From assembly GCA_001661245.1 (NCBI GenBank), contig KV454015.1, forward strand, positions 732,924 to 796,923: a stretch of DNA of 64,000 nucleotides, written 5' to 3'. The stretch comes from Pachysolen tannophilus NRRL Y-2460 (Eukaryota). Shown here in pieces: positions 22,919 through 34,500 of this stretch. The position numbers and the translations under genes are program-made. The notes under the pieces were generated by a model that was given only the letters and a program-made list of their open reading frames with translations, was not told the DNA's origin and did no database searches. Every line of letters starts with the position of its first letter. Positions within the stretch are counted from its first letter, which is position 1.

Positions 22919-23498
22919 NNNNNNNNNNNNNNNNNNNNNNNNNNNNNNNNNNNNNNNNNNNNNNNNNNNNNNNNNNNNNNNNNNNNNNNNNNNNNNNNNN
23001 NNNNNNNNNNNNNNNNNNNNNNNNNNNNNNNNNNNNNNNNNNNNNNNNNNNNNNNNNNNNNNNNNNNNNNNNNNNNNNNNNNNNNNNNNNNNNNNNNNNN
23101 NNNNNNNNNNNNNNNNNNNNNNNNNNNNNNNNNNNNNNNNNNNNNNNNNNNNNNNNNNNNNNNNNNNNNNNNNNNNNNNNNNNNNNNNNNNNNNNNNNNN
23201 NNNNNNNNNNNNNNNNNNNNNNNNNNNNNNNNNNNNNNNNNNNNNNNNNNNNNNNNNNNNNNNNNNNNNNNNNNNNNNNNNNNNNNNNNNNNNNNNNNNN
23301 NNNNNNNNNNNNNNNNNNNNNNNNNNNNNNNNNNNNNNNNNNNNNNNNNNNNNNNNNNNNNNNNNNNNNNNNNNNNNNNNNNNNNNNNNNNNNNNNNNNN
23401 NNNNNNNNNNNNNNNNNNNNNNNNNNNNNNNNNNNNNNNNNNNNNNNNNNNNNNNNNNNNNNNNNNNNNNNNNNNNNNNNNNNNNNNNNNNNNNNNNN
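22919..23498. other. Assembly gap (580 N) flanked by long poly-T tracts
   Basis: Run of n; homopolymers on both sides. Confidence 0.99.
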
Positions 23499-23500
23499 TT

Positions 23501-23541
<41 letters not shown>

Positions 23542-24146
23542 TTGTAACTAAAAAAAAAATGTATTAGGTTATCGCTTGGCATTCAATGACTTCCAATTGA
23601 ATATGATAAAATAATATTAATAATAATAAAAATTCTAATTGTAGTGGACGAATAATGTAGAAACAATTAAAGTATTAGAATTTAAACAAACTTGAGTCGT
23701 GAATTGTCTTCTTAAATCGGGTTGGTGACAATTTCTGTATTTTCGCTCTTGCAATTTGGGGTATTTATTTATCTAAACTATCAACCAACAATTAATAATT
23801 AAAGAAATAAAATAAAAAAAAAAAAAAATAAAAAAAAAATTAAAGAAAAAATAAAGCTTATACCAAAGTGTATAAGCAAAGAAGAAGTCAAAAAGCCAAA
23901 ATAAAGAAAAAAAAAAAAAAAAAGAAAAAGAAGAAGAAGTTGATGTTTGATAGATATGTTTTATATTATTAACTATCAATCAAAAAATGCAGAGATCTTT
24001 TAAATTTTTTTCTTTTTTTTTATTTTTATTTTTTATTTTTTTGGGTTTTTGTTTTTTGACCTTTGTTGTTTTTGTTTATCTTTTTGTAATAAGATTCTTT
24101 TATTTTCACCTGCTTTAAAAGGTTAGAAAGAAGAGAAGAAATAGAG

Positions 24147-24156
24147 CTATTTATAG
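24147..24156. promoter_or_regulatory. Rlm1/MEF2 consensus site upstream of RLM1
   Basis: CTATTTATAG matches CTA(A/T)4TAG. Confidence 0.5.
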
Positions 24157-24491
24157 AAATATTTTTTTCATCAAGACAAAATAAGACAAAATGCAAGGAC
24201 GGAAAAAAAAAATCATTAATTGAAAAACTGACGTAACAATTGATAAGCGCCGACACGACCCTGAGTTTTTTCTTATTTTATTATTATTTTAGCTTATTCT
24301 CTGTAGTTTAGGGTTTGTTTTCCATGCGGCATGGCGGCATGCTGTACATTAAATTGAAATACAAAAGAAAAGGCGGAAGAGGTAAAGAAGTAAAGAAACT
24401 AAACAAGCTCTAAACTTTGGAAATGCTATTGATACCAAAAAATAAAATAATATAAAAACCGTCGATCAATAAATACATGACTTGATTTGAA

Positions 24492-24524
<33 letters not shown>

Positions 24525-24665
24525 TAGGTAAAGTATCTCTCTATTACGGTACTAATTGATAGTTTTCAATTCAAATTTTAAAATTTCTTTGTTATATGCA
24601 TATGTAGGTTTTATAAGTTTACGAGTTTAAAATTGATTTGATTTGATTTGATTGACTATTTGAGC

Positions 24666-24705
<40 letters not shown>
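24666..24705. repeat. Compound (AT)n(GT)n microsatellite
   Basis: Direct reading; (TTGAT)n repeat at about 24632-24654 nearby. Confidence 0.9.
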
Positions 24706-24901
24706 TCTTGGATTATTTAAAACGGTTACAGAATTTATAATAAAATGTAACGTCATTGATGACAAAGAGAAGAAGAAAAGAAGAAGAAAAAAAGTTTTTT
24801 TTATTTTTTTTTTTTTTTTTTATTATTATTAATATTAATATTAATTTAGATCAAGTTACATGACTATTTTATCAATGCCGAATAAATATTAATTAAAATT
24901 A

Positions 24902-26017
24902 TTAAATTCTATTTAATTGAATCATTGATTTTTTTACTACTTTGAGATTTTGTTTCTTTATAATTTTTTTTAATTTTTTATCTTTTTCTTTTGTATCTTG
25001 TTTTAATAATTTATATCTTGGAACTTCACCATCAAACTCCACCCCACACCACTTGCAGATTTCTATACCCATTAGCCGTGCATAATAAATTTCTTCTCTT
25101 GAATTACCATTTCTAATAGCACCTCTGAAATAATTTTTTAACATATTATCAACTCTTTGTGGGAAAACAGAACCTAAAATACATAATGCAGTTTCTTTTC
25201 TTTCCAAGATATTTTCAAATGCTAATAATGATCCATGTAAATCATTAATCATATATTTATATAATTCATTAGATGCACCATTAATCATTGATATAAATTT
25301 ATCTCTTTTCTTATTAGACATAATATTGAAAAGTCTATACCCATCTTCTCTTTCTTCTTTAATTTGAAAATAAGATTTCCAAAAATTTCTATTTATACTT
25401 GAAGGTCCTAATTTAATAGCCATAGTTTGAGGTGATAATTTAGCCTTTTGACTTTTTCTTCGTACTTCCACTAATGAACTTAAAACCAGTAAAGCACCAG
25501 CATCAACAGCCTCACTAGTAGTTAAATAATGCGGAATAGATCCATTGAGTGAATTTATAGCATTAATAGTCATTGGAATACCACAAATTGGAAGACCTTT
25601 TAATAAACCTTCTCTCATTCTAATTGTTACACCACTTTGATCCAGTATCAATTTCGCATTATATCCACTACTAAGTTTTTCTTTAAAAGTATTATTCATG
25701 CTCGGTATCATTGATTCTAATGAGGAAAACGATGAAGTATGTAAACCCACATTAGAGTTCTCTACTGACCCCAGATTCATAGAACCTTCCAGCCGTCGTT
25801 TCAACGTTTTCTCACATTGTTCTATTGCTTCATTTGCTGTTTGTAAAGTCAGTTCTTTCCCATCTGCTGTTTTTAAAGCCATATGATAAATTTTAGGAAT
25901 TTCTTGCGGCTGATTACAAGCAGCTAAAGTGTTGGCTGCAAAAAGATACCAACTCGGTCTCAATAATTGATCTTGCCATAGTTTCAATAGCCTCTCCGGT
26001 GTTATTATCGATGCCAT
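24902..26017 (-). CDS. AhpD/carboxymuconolactone-decarboxylase-like protein, Pxp2 (YJR111C) family, divergent
   Basis: IITPERLLKL, WYLFAA, CNQPQEIPKIYH.AL, REGLLK, GAIRNG, ICKWCGV. Confidence 0.75.
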   Translation of the reverse strand: MASIITPERLLKLWQDQLLRPSWYLFAANTLAACNQPQEIPKIYHMALKTADGKELTLQTANEAIEQCEKTLKRRLEGSMNLGSVENSNVGLHTSSFSSLESMIPSMNNTFKEKLSSGYNAKLILDQSGVTIRMREGLLKGLPICGIPMTINAINSLNGSIPHYLTTSEAVDAGALLVLSSLVEVRRKSQKAKLSPQTMAIKLGPSSINRNFWKSYFQIKEEREDGYRLFNIMSNKKRDKFISMINGASNELYKYMINDLHGSLLAFENILERKETALCILGSVFPQRVDNMLKNYFRGAIRNGNSREEIYYARLMGIEICKWCGVEFDGEVPRYKLLKQDTKEKDKKLKKIIKKQNLKVVKKSMIQLNRI

Positions 26018-26219
26018 CCTTATAATAATAATGATTTAGTAAAATATCATTTTATTTAAATAGATAATAGTAAGTAAAAGCTATCAAAATTCTTACCTTT
26101 TTTAATAAATATATATATAATAAAAAAAAAATTAGGCTAAATGAAAAGTAGCCCTAGTTTAATCCTTAGTCTTTATATATATATATATATAAATATATAT
26201 ACTTTTAATCTACTATATA

Positions 26220-27119
26220 TTATAGTCTAATTTCTAGTCTCTTTTCAGCTCTTTTCAGATCATCCAGCTTGATTGCTTCCCGTATCTGATCTGTTATCCT
26301 GCATGCAATTTCATATGCTAAATTAGAGCAGTCCATAATAACCATCGCATCTATAGATAATCCTCCGGCTTTACTAATTTGTACGAGTTCTCTATTTTTA
26401 TTCATTGTCAAAGTTAAGCTACCATACAGTAACAACTCTTCCCCCATAGTGGGGTCAACGACTATTAGTTCAGCATTGGAATCACCCTTGATATTTTCTT
26501 CAACATCATTTGGATTGAAAAATGCAAAAGTTACACAGATTGGGATATGTAATATGGAGAGTGGAACAGGTACTCTTTCATTAATAGGATGAACTATGAT
26601 TTCTTGATGCTCATTTATTGTAATATCCGGTTTTTTAAAATGTAATAATGCACATAATACACCAATACAACTAATATCTGCAAAATTTCCATCATAATCT
26701 AAATAATGTATATCAGCTCTAATTGACCAACATTTTTCACCTGCAATTATACACAAACTTTCCAAATCTAATGCATTTGAACGTCTGACAGCCTTCTCAA
26801 TCAATCGGCTAATTAATATTTCTTCATCTGATTGCCTACCACTTTCAAACATGGCACTTGCCATCGGTGAAATCTCCGTATTGATCATAAAAAGTCCTTC
26901 AAAAGGTCTATCTTCAAAAGGTGCCACTATCTCTGCAGATATCCTAACTGCTATTCTAGTCTTACCCAATTTCACATCAACAGATCCATAACTATTTCCT
27001 ATATTGATTTCAACATCTCTAAATTCATTCAACTTTCTACCATCTAATCTTAAGCCTTGCTTCAAAGATTCAAGCTCAAAGTCCTTGGCAACATTGGACA
27101 CATCTATTCCTTTAGGCAT
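26220..27119 (-). CDS. RRP45: Exosome RNase PH-like subunit (ATG at 27119)
   Basis: RLDGR, DRPFEG, LIEKAVRRSNALDLESLCI, QISKAGG. Confidence 0.96.
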   Translation of the reverse strand: MPKGIDVSNVAKDFELESLKQGLRLDGRKLNEFRDVEINIGNSYGSVDVKLGKTRIAVRISAEIVAPFEDRPFEGLFMINTEISPMASAMFESGRQSDEEILISRLIEKAVRRSNALDLESLCIIAGEKCWSIRADIHYLDYDGNFADISCIGVLCALLHFKKPDITINEHQEIIVHPINERVPVPLSILHIPICVTFAFFNPNDVEENIKGDSNAELIVVDPTMGEELLLYGSLTLTMNKNRELVQISKAGGLSIDAMVIMDCSNLAYEIACRITDQIREAIKLDDLKRAEKRLEIRL

Positions 27120-27395
27120 CTTCTTCTTCTTCAAAAAAAATATTTCCTTCTTTTTTTTTTTCCCTCCCCTGATCTTTCTATTACACTTATTATTACAATT
27201 TAATTCGTTCAACTATATTTTACTTTAAATTTATTGTATATTTTCACAAAAAATTTTTTTTTATACAAAAAAAAAAAAAAAAAATAAATAAAATTGATAT
27301 TTTTTGCCATCACATATGAATTCATCATTTTAATCATTTTTTTGCTTTTTTAAACGGAATAGAATAAAAAAGAGAATAAGAAAGAATTAAACAAA

Positions 27396-28454
27396 ATGTT
27401 GGTATTGAGAAGCCGCTGTTCACCAAAAGTTTTAAATAAATGGTCGACGAGTCCAATTTTAAGAACATTTGCAACAACAAATGTTGTAATGAATAATTCG
27501 TCATTGAATTTTTTCCAAAAAGAACAATTGCCAGTTAATACAATTATTAAATTTGTTCCACAACAGGAAGCCTGGATAGTTGAAAGAATGGGTAAATTTA
27601 ACAGGGTTTTGAATCCAGGTCTTGCGATTTTGATTCCAATTTTGGATAAGATTCAATACGTTCAATCATTAAAGGAAACAGCCGTTGAGGTTCCTTCTCA
27701 AAGTGCTATTACTGCTGATAATGTAACATTGGAGATGGATGGTGTTCTTTACATTAAGGTTATCGACCCTTATAAGGCTTCTTATGGTGTCGAGGATGCT
27801 GAATATGCCATTTCACAATTGGCCCAAACTACAATGAGATCCGAAATTGGTCAGTTGACCTTAGATCATTGTCTTAGAGAAAGACAATCTTTGAATAACA
27901 ACATTACAGCGGTATTAAATGAAGCAGCTAAGGATTGGGGTATTGAATGTTTAAGATATGAAATTAGAGATATACATCCACCTGCCAATGTCTTGGAAGC
28001 AATGCATAGACAAGTAAGTGCTGAAAGATCCAAGAGAGCAGAAATTTTGGATTCTGAAGGTCATAGACAATCAGCTATAAATATAGCGGAAGGTGCTAAA
28101 GAATCCCAAATTTTAGCTTCTGAAGCAGAAAAACAAGAACAAATCAATAACGCTGCAGGTGAAGCAGAAGCAATATTATTAAGAGCAAAGGCAAATGCTG
28201 AAGGTATAAGACAAATTGCAAAAGCTATACGGGAAACTCCGGGTGGTAGAGATGCTGTTGCATTGCAAGTTGCAGAAAAATATGTTGATGCTTTTGGCAA
28301 ATTAGCTAAAGAGTCTAATACCATTGTTGTCCCAGCTGGGTTAAATGATATGGGTTCATGGATGGCTACTGGGTTGAGTATATATGATAAGTTGGCTTCT
28401 ACAACTAACAGCAAGAGAATTGAAGAAGTTGCTGAGGAAGCTGCTAAGAAATGA
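27396..28454 (+). CDS. Mitochondrial stomatin-like SPFH protein (SLP-2 type)
   Basis: FVPQQEAWIVERMGKF, QLAQTTMRSEIG, LRYEIRDI; basic N-terminal presequence. Confidence 0.93.
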   Translation: MLVLRSRCSPKVLNKWSTSPILRTFATTNVVMNNSSLNFFQKEQLPVNTIIKFVPQQEAWIVERMGKFNRVLNPGLAILIPILDKIQYVQSLKETAVEVPSQSAITADNVTLEMDGVLYIKVIDPYKASYGVEDAEYAISQLAQTTMRSEIGQLTLDHCLRERQSLNNNITAVLNEAAKDWGIECLRYEIRDIHPPANVLEAMHRQVSAERSKRAEILDSEGHRQSAINIAEGAKESQILASEAEKQEQINNAAGEAEAILLRAKANAEGIRQIAKAIRETPGGRDAVALQVAEKYVDAFGKLAKESNTIVVPAGLNDMGSWMATGLSIYDKLASTTNSKRIEEVAEEAAKK

Positions 28455-28644
28455 GAAAACAATTTACTAATTTACTCTAACTTTTTTTTTTTTTTTTATT
28501 ATTTTTTTTATTTTTTTCATTTTTTCATTTTATTTTTTTAATTTTAAAAAAAATTGTATTTTTCTTTTTATTTCTTATTTATTGAAAAATCAATATTTGT
28601 ATATACAATAACATTATTTCTCCAAAACAATTTTATTTTAAAAC

Positions 28645-29799
28645 TTATTTTTTCAGTTTAAAAAAATTATCCAATGCACCTTTCCCAGGAGCAACTGGTT
28701 TTTTCAATATTTTTCTTTTCTTATTGAAGTTATTTGATGTACTATTATTATTATTATTTTTATTATTCCTTTTTTTAGAATTTTCTTGTTCAGCATGTAG
28801 GTTCTCATTTAACAGGTTTAAATTATTTTGAGCTATTTCTCTCATTTCATTCATATTATCTAATTGTTTCTTGTATTGCAGTAACATGGTTAGTTTTGTA
28901 TCATATTTTTTACGTAACTTAATAACTAATAAAGGTGATAAATATGAAGCTAATATATTTATTGAATGATTTATCTTGGCATATTCTATAATATCCAGTG
29001 GTATTTGATCTGAAGGAATAGTTTCAATATTTTTTGGAGTTGAAGATTCTGAAGGAATTTTAGACAGTGGTGGAGTTGGTAATACTAATAATTCTTTTTG
29101 TTGTATTGTCATAGGAGCAGATAATTTTGGGTTAATAAGTTTTTGTAAAATTGAAATTGGGAAACTTTGTGATAATTTATTAATTTTATCATCAAACATA
29201 TCAATTATCTTTGTTTCATTTAATCTAAAATATATTTCATCATTTTCTTCAATTTTATCATGAATTAAATTTAAAGCATTCATTAAGATAGAATTTTCAA
29301 TAGACCAAAATGAATTAGGAAAATTATTAAATTTAAACAGAGAATTTTTTTCTAAAATTTCTATTAAATCATCACTATTCAATAATCTTAATCTAAAACT
29401 AGAATCATTTTCTAAACTTTCCAACTGCTTTTCATAATATAATAGAAGCATATATACAAAATTAAATCTTGTAGCCAATAATATATCTGGATTTTCTACA
29501 ATAAGTCCATTACCATCACTATTTTTAAAATTATCTGGCTTATCAAATAATAATGATTTAATTATTTCACCATTCCGTGTCATAACAATTTTTTTAGAAT
29601 TTGTATTTGACATATGAGGATTCTTGGTAAAATTAAAATTTTTCAATTCATAAATTTCATTATTCTTATTATTATATAGGAAAAAAATTGGTTTTAAAGT
29701 TCTTGGATGTATCAACTCTATACTTGTCAAGTCATCTTGTTCTTGGCCACGAGGAAGTATTATCACTTTCAAAGTCGATGGATCTATTGGATTCAACAT
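28645..29799 (-). CDS. RNH202: RNase H2 subunit B
   Basis: HPRT, IYELK, IKSLLF; C-terminal PIP-box-like KGALDNFFK; near RRP45 as in S. cerevisiae. Confidence 0.82.
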   Translation of the reverse strand: MLNPIDPSTLKVIILPRGQEQDDLTSIELIHPRTLKPIFFLYNNKNNEIYELKNFNFTKNPHMSNTNSKKIVMTRNGEIIKSLLFDKPDNFKNSDGNGLIVENPDILLATRFNFVYMLLLYYEKQLESLENDSSFRLRLLNSDDLIEILEKNSLFKFNNFPNSFWSIENSILMNALNLIHDKIEENDEIYFRLNETKIIDMFDDKINKLSQSFPISILQKLINPKLSAPMTIQQKELLVLPTPPLSKIPSESSTPKNIETIPSDQIPLDIIEYAKINHSINILASYLSPLLVIKLRKKYDTKLTMLLQYKKQLDNMNEMREIAQNNLNLLNENLHAEQENSKKRNNKNNNNNSTSNNFNKKRKILKKPVAPGKGALDNFFKLKK

Positions 29800-29913
29800 A
29801 CCACCAGAGCATTGATAATATCAAAATCAATTTAATAACTTTTTAACATTATATAGTAAGCTTTATTTATTATTATTGTGTTTAAAAAAAAAACAGTCTT
29901 TTTTTTTAACAAA

Positions 29914-29919
29914 ACGCGT
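29914..29919. promoter_or_regulatory. MCB element upstream of RNH202
   Basis: ACGCGT about 115 nt upstream of the ATG. Confidence 0.55.
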
Positions 29920-30129
29920 CTTTTAATTATACAACTTAAAAATGCGTACGCAAATTGAAACTACAAATTTACGCATAGTGCGCACACATACTTAAGAAAA
30001 CTGCGCACCACACTTAAAACCGCTTTTAATTAAAACTATGCACACATTTCGTGCGCAAATAAATTTAAAACTGCGTACACTAAAAAAAAAAATCAAAAAT
30101 TGAAAAATTAGTGTCAAGTGAGGAGGGAA

Positions 30130-30192
30130 AAACAGACAAACAGACAAACAGACAAACAGACAAACAGACAAACAGACAGACAGAGAGAGAGA
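30130..30192. repeat. Tandem 8-mer (AAACAGAC) array decaying into (AG)n
   Basis: Direct reading, about 6 units. Confidence 0.9.
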
Positions 30193-30348
30193 AAAGAAAC
30201 AATATCGGCATTAATACTAACCAAAGTTAGTCAATTAACCAGGTAATTTTTCACTATTTATAATCAAATAATTGGATCACGACAAGAAAAGAAATAGTTT
30301 ACTTTTTTTTTATTAAAACAATTTTTCTTTTTTATATTTTTTAATTAG

Positions 30349-30387
<39 letters not shown>

Positions 30388-30431
30388 GGAAGAAAGTTTC
30401 ACAATTAGTAACAACGATCAATAGTATAGAA

Positions 30432-31043
30432 ATGGTAAGTTAAGTACTGAGATTGGTATGGAATATATTAGAGAAACATCAATTTTTCTTTTTTTTTTTG
30501 AAACAAAGGAAAAAAAGAGCTATTACTAACTAGTTATTTATCGATTAGTCAGGTTTACCTCCAAGTTGGACGATAAAGATTTCAAAGACTCATAATAGAG
30601 AATATTATTATAATTCAGAAACTGAAGAATCATCATGGGAACCTCCTTATGGAACAGATACAGAAAAATTGAAACAATATCTTCTTTCTAATTTGCATAA
30701 ACCTGAACAAATTAAATGTAGCCACTTGTTAATAAAGCATCGTGATTCTCGAAGACCAAAATCTTGGAAATCAGAAGAACCAATTACAAGAACAAAAGAA
30801 GAAGCAATCCAGATATTAAAAGGATATCAACAACTGATTAAAGAAGGAACAGCTACATTATCAGAAATCGCTGCAAAGGAAAGTGATGATTCTTCTCATG
30901 CTAAAAATGGTGATTTGGGATGGTTCACAAAAGGTCAGATGCAACCTTCTTTTGAAAAAGCTGCTTTTGCATTACAAATTGGTGAAGTAAGTGATATTGT
31001 AGAAAGTGATAGCGGTGTTCATTTGATTGAACGAACAGGTTGA
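30432..31043 (+). CDS. ESS1: Parvulin/Pin1 peptidyl-prolyl isomerase; exon 1 is ATG only (30432-30434), exon 2 30549-31043
   Basis: Intron 30435-30548 GTAAGT/TACTAAC/TAG restores the WW domain (GLPPSW..YYYN..SWEPP); HLLIKH.DSRRP, GDLGWF, MQPSFE. Confidence 0.95.
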
Positions 31044-31398
31044 AAATTTATTCAAATAACTTTGATCTTTTCTATATACTTAGTTAAGAACAAAAGACAA
31101 AAAAAAAATTTCTCTTTATATTTCTTTCTTTTAAAATTGTAAAAAAAAAAATAATATAAAAACTCAGTAAATTGATAATTTTTTAAATGTTGCAATTTTC
31201 ATGTGCATTTTATCGGAAACTTATGGCTAAAAAGTTGAAAATTTTTATGATTTAAACCATCAACGAAAACACTTTTATACAGAAGTTTTAATTTGAAATT
31301 TCCAATCACTTCTAAAAGTTTTAACTTTATAAAAGATTTAGGGCTAAGATTGGGCTAAGATTGGGCCGTAAATTGTTTATCTATTAATTCTTTTATTA

Positions 31399-34266
31399 AT
31401 GATTTTGAAGAGTCTCACGCCCTTCAAAGCTAGTAGGAGTTTTTTACAGTCCTTGCACGGCTTCAGAAATAAGCAACAATATTTATTCAAATCTAATTCT
31501 CAATTACTATTAAATAATTATAATAATCGTAAATATCACTCAATTAGATATTATTGTGCTTTCCATTCATCGAATAATATGTCTTCAACAACGTGAGTAT
31601 TGATTAATTGCTTTTCTTGTTGTTGTTACAATTCAATTTAATTGATTAAATCAAGTTACTAACACTATATTAAATGATATTTAAAAATTTATAGTGTTAC
31701 CACTGATAGACAAGTTTTACCGACCAATGTCAAGCCAACAAAATATAATGTAATCTTGGATCCAAATTTCCAAACTTTTACTTATGAAGGTGAAATTACT
31801 ATTGATTTTAATGTTAATGACAAGAAATCCGATTTTATATCATTAAATACTCTTGAATTGGAATTACATGAAACAAAAATTTTAGGTAAAGATTTAGCTC
31901 CAATTGAAACTACATATGATAAAGATTCTGAGACTACAACTTTTAAATTTGATACTCCATTGGAAGATGATAAACTTCAATTATATATCAAGTTTTCTGG
32001 TATCTTGAATGATAAAATGTGCGGTTTTTATAGATCGTCTTATGAATTGAATGGTGAAAAGAAATATATCGCATCCACTCAAATGGAATCAACCGATTGT
32101 CGTAGAGCATTCCCATCTTATGATGAACCATCTGCTAAAGCAGTTTTCGATATCACTTTAATTGCTGATAAAAAATTCACTTGTTTATCAAATATGGATG
32201 TTAAAGATACTATTAATTTACCTAATGATAGGAAAAAAGTTGTCTTCAATACAACACCATTGATGTCAACTTATTTGGTTGCTTTCGTTATTGGAGAATT
32301 TGGTTATATTGAATCAAATGACTACAAAGTTCCTATTAGAGTTTATACCACTCCTGGTTCAGAAGAAAAGGGTAGATTTGCTTTAGAAACAGCAGTAGAA
32401 GCTTTAAATTTCTATGATAAAAAATTTGGAATCAATTATCCATTGCCTAAATTAGATATGGTAGCCATTCCTGATTTTAGTGCTGGTGCCATGGAAAACT
32501 TTGGTTTGATTACTTATAGGGTTGTTTTAATCCTTTATGATGAAAAAACTTCAACACCTTCTGCTAAACAAAGAGTAGGTGAAGTTGTTGCTCATGAACT
32601 AGCTCATCAATGGTTTGGTAATCTTGTTACCATGGATTGGTGGGAAGGCCTTTGGTTAAATGAAGGTTTTGCCACCTGGGTTTCTTGGTATTTCTTAAAT
32701 TATAGATATCCAGAGTGGAAAGTTTGGGAACAATATGTAGGTGATTCTTTACAAAGTGCTTTGGGACTTGATGGCTTAAGATCATCTCATCCAGTAGAAG
32801 TCCCAATTCAAAGACATGATCAAATAAGTCAAATATTTGATTCCATTTCTTATGCAAAAGGTTCTTGTGTGTTGAAAATGATTGCAAATTGGTTAGGTGA
32901 AGATGTTTTCATCAAAGGGGTAGCAAAATATTTAGAAAAACATGCTTGGGGAAATACCAAGACTTCAGACTTATGGGAGTCATTATCTGAAGTTTCAGGG
33001 GAAGATGTAGTCAAAGTAATGAACATTTGGACAAAACATGTTGGTTATCCAATTTTGACGGTCAATGAAAATAATAATGAGATAAAAATTCAACAAAACC
33101 GTTATTTAGCAACCCACGATGTTAAACCAGAGGAAGATGAATTATTATATACAGTATTTTTGGCCTTGAAAACAAAGGATAAAATTGACGAGTCTCTTAT
33201 ATTAGATACAAGAAGTACTTCGTTGACATTAGAAGATCCTTCTTTTTACAAATTGAACGCAAATCAAACAGGTATCTACAGAACTTTGTATACCCCTGAA
33301 AGATGGGCAAAGTTGGGTGTATCCGGTACTCAGGGTTTGCTCTCTGCAGAAGATCGTACTGGTTTAGTTGCTGATGCTGGTGCTTTAGCATCTTCTGGTT
33401 ATGCTTCTACTGAAAACTTGTTTTCTTTGGTAAATAATTGGAAGAATGAATCTAGTTTCACTGTTTGGAATGAAATCTTGTCTAGAATCAACGCTGTTAA
33501 AAATGCATTTATATTTGAACCTCAAGAAGTCCAAGATGCATTACAAGATTTCACAAGAAGTTTGGTTTCTGTCAAATTAAAGGAAGTTGGCTGGGAGTTA
33601 CATGCTCTGGATTCATTTTTGGATCAAAGATTAAAAGGCCTCTTGTTTGGTGCTGCTACTAAATCCGGAGATCCAACTGCATTAAAAGCAGCTCAAGCCA
33701 TGTTTGACAAGTATGTACTGGGCGACAAAGAAGCAATTCCTGTAAACTTGAGAGATCAAGTCTTTGGAGCTGTTGCTAAATTGTCTTCAGATGACTATTA
33801 TGATAACTTGTTATCAATTTTCAAGAATCCTTCTTCACCTGATGAAGGAATTGCTGCTTTGAGAGCTCTTGGATCTTTTGAAAAGCCAGAACTTATTAAA
33901 AGGACCTTATCTTATTTGTTAGATGGTACTGTCAGAACACAGGATATTTATGTACCAATGGTAACATTGGCTAGTCAGAAAAACGGAATTGAGTTGTTGT
34001 TCCAATGGCTCACAGAAAATTTAGAAGCTATTACTAAGGCTTTAAGTGTTAACATCTTAGCCATGGTTGTAAGTATTTGTACTCGTGGTTTTACCTCCAG
34101 AGAACAGAAGAATCGTGTTCAAGAATTTTTCAAGAACCAGGACACAAAGGGTTACGACCAATCTTTAGCTCAAATGTTAGATGTTATCCAAACTAAGATT
34201 TCATGGGTTGAAAGAGATTCAGAAAATGTTAAGAAATGGTTATCGCAAAACGGGTTTATGAAATAA
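31399..34266 (+). CDS. APE2: M1 zinc aminopeptidase; exons 31399-31592 and 31695-34266
   Basis: GAMEN, HELAH..E; intron 31593-31694 GTGAGT/TACTAAC/TAG joins to DRQVLPTNVKP in frame. Confidence 0.94.
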
Positions 34267-34500
34267 TTTTTAATTTAGTCTTTTTTTTATATTTTGTGAC
34301 TTTCTTTCCTTTTAGTTAGTTTGTTAATAATTTGAATAATTAATCACTAGTTGTAACTAATGTAATTTTCATTATTATACAATTCTATTTAGTAGTCTTT
34401 TTTTTGCGTAGATATTTATCTCACTATAATAAATTTACATTTAATTTTTATTTTCTTTTTAATTTACAATATCTTTTAAAGTTGCTATAAACGATTATCA

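Noticed and set aside
22839..23582. Three long ORFs across the N run
   Set aside because: Artefacts of translating the assembly gap and poly-T/A flanks
26220..27212. Non-ATG N-terminal extensions in the ORF track (RRP45, MCM6, MDM31, MOH1, PRP21, PDK, APL4)
   Set aside because: The track uses TTG/GTG starts; family similarity begins at the downstream ATG and the extensions are UTR-like
28061..28462. Antisense ORFs here and within TPO, APL4, CSR2, RLM1, SRB8 and MCM6
   Set aside because: Typical antisense shadows of real CDSs with no motifs
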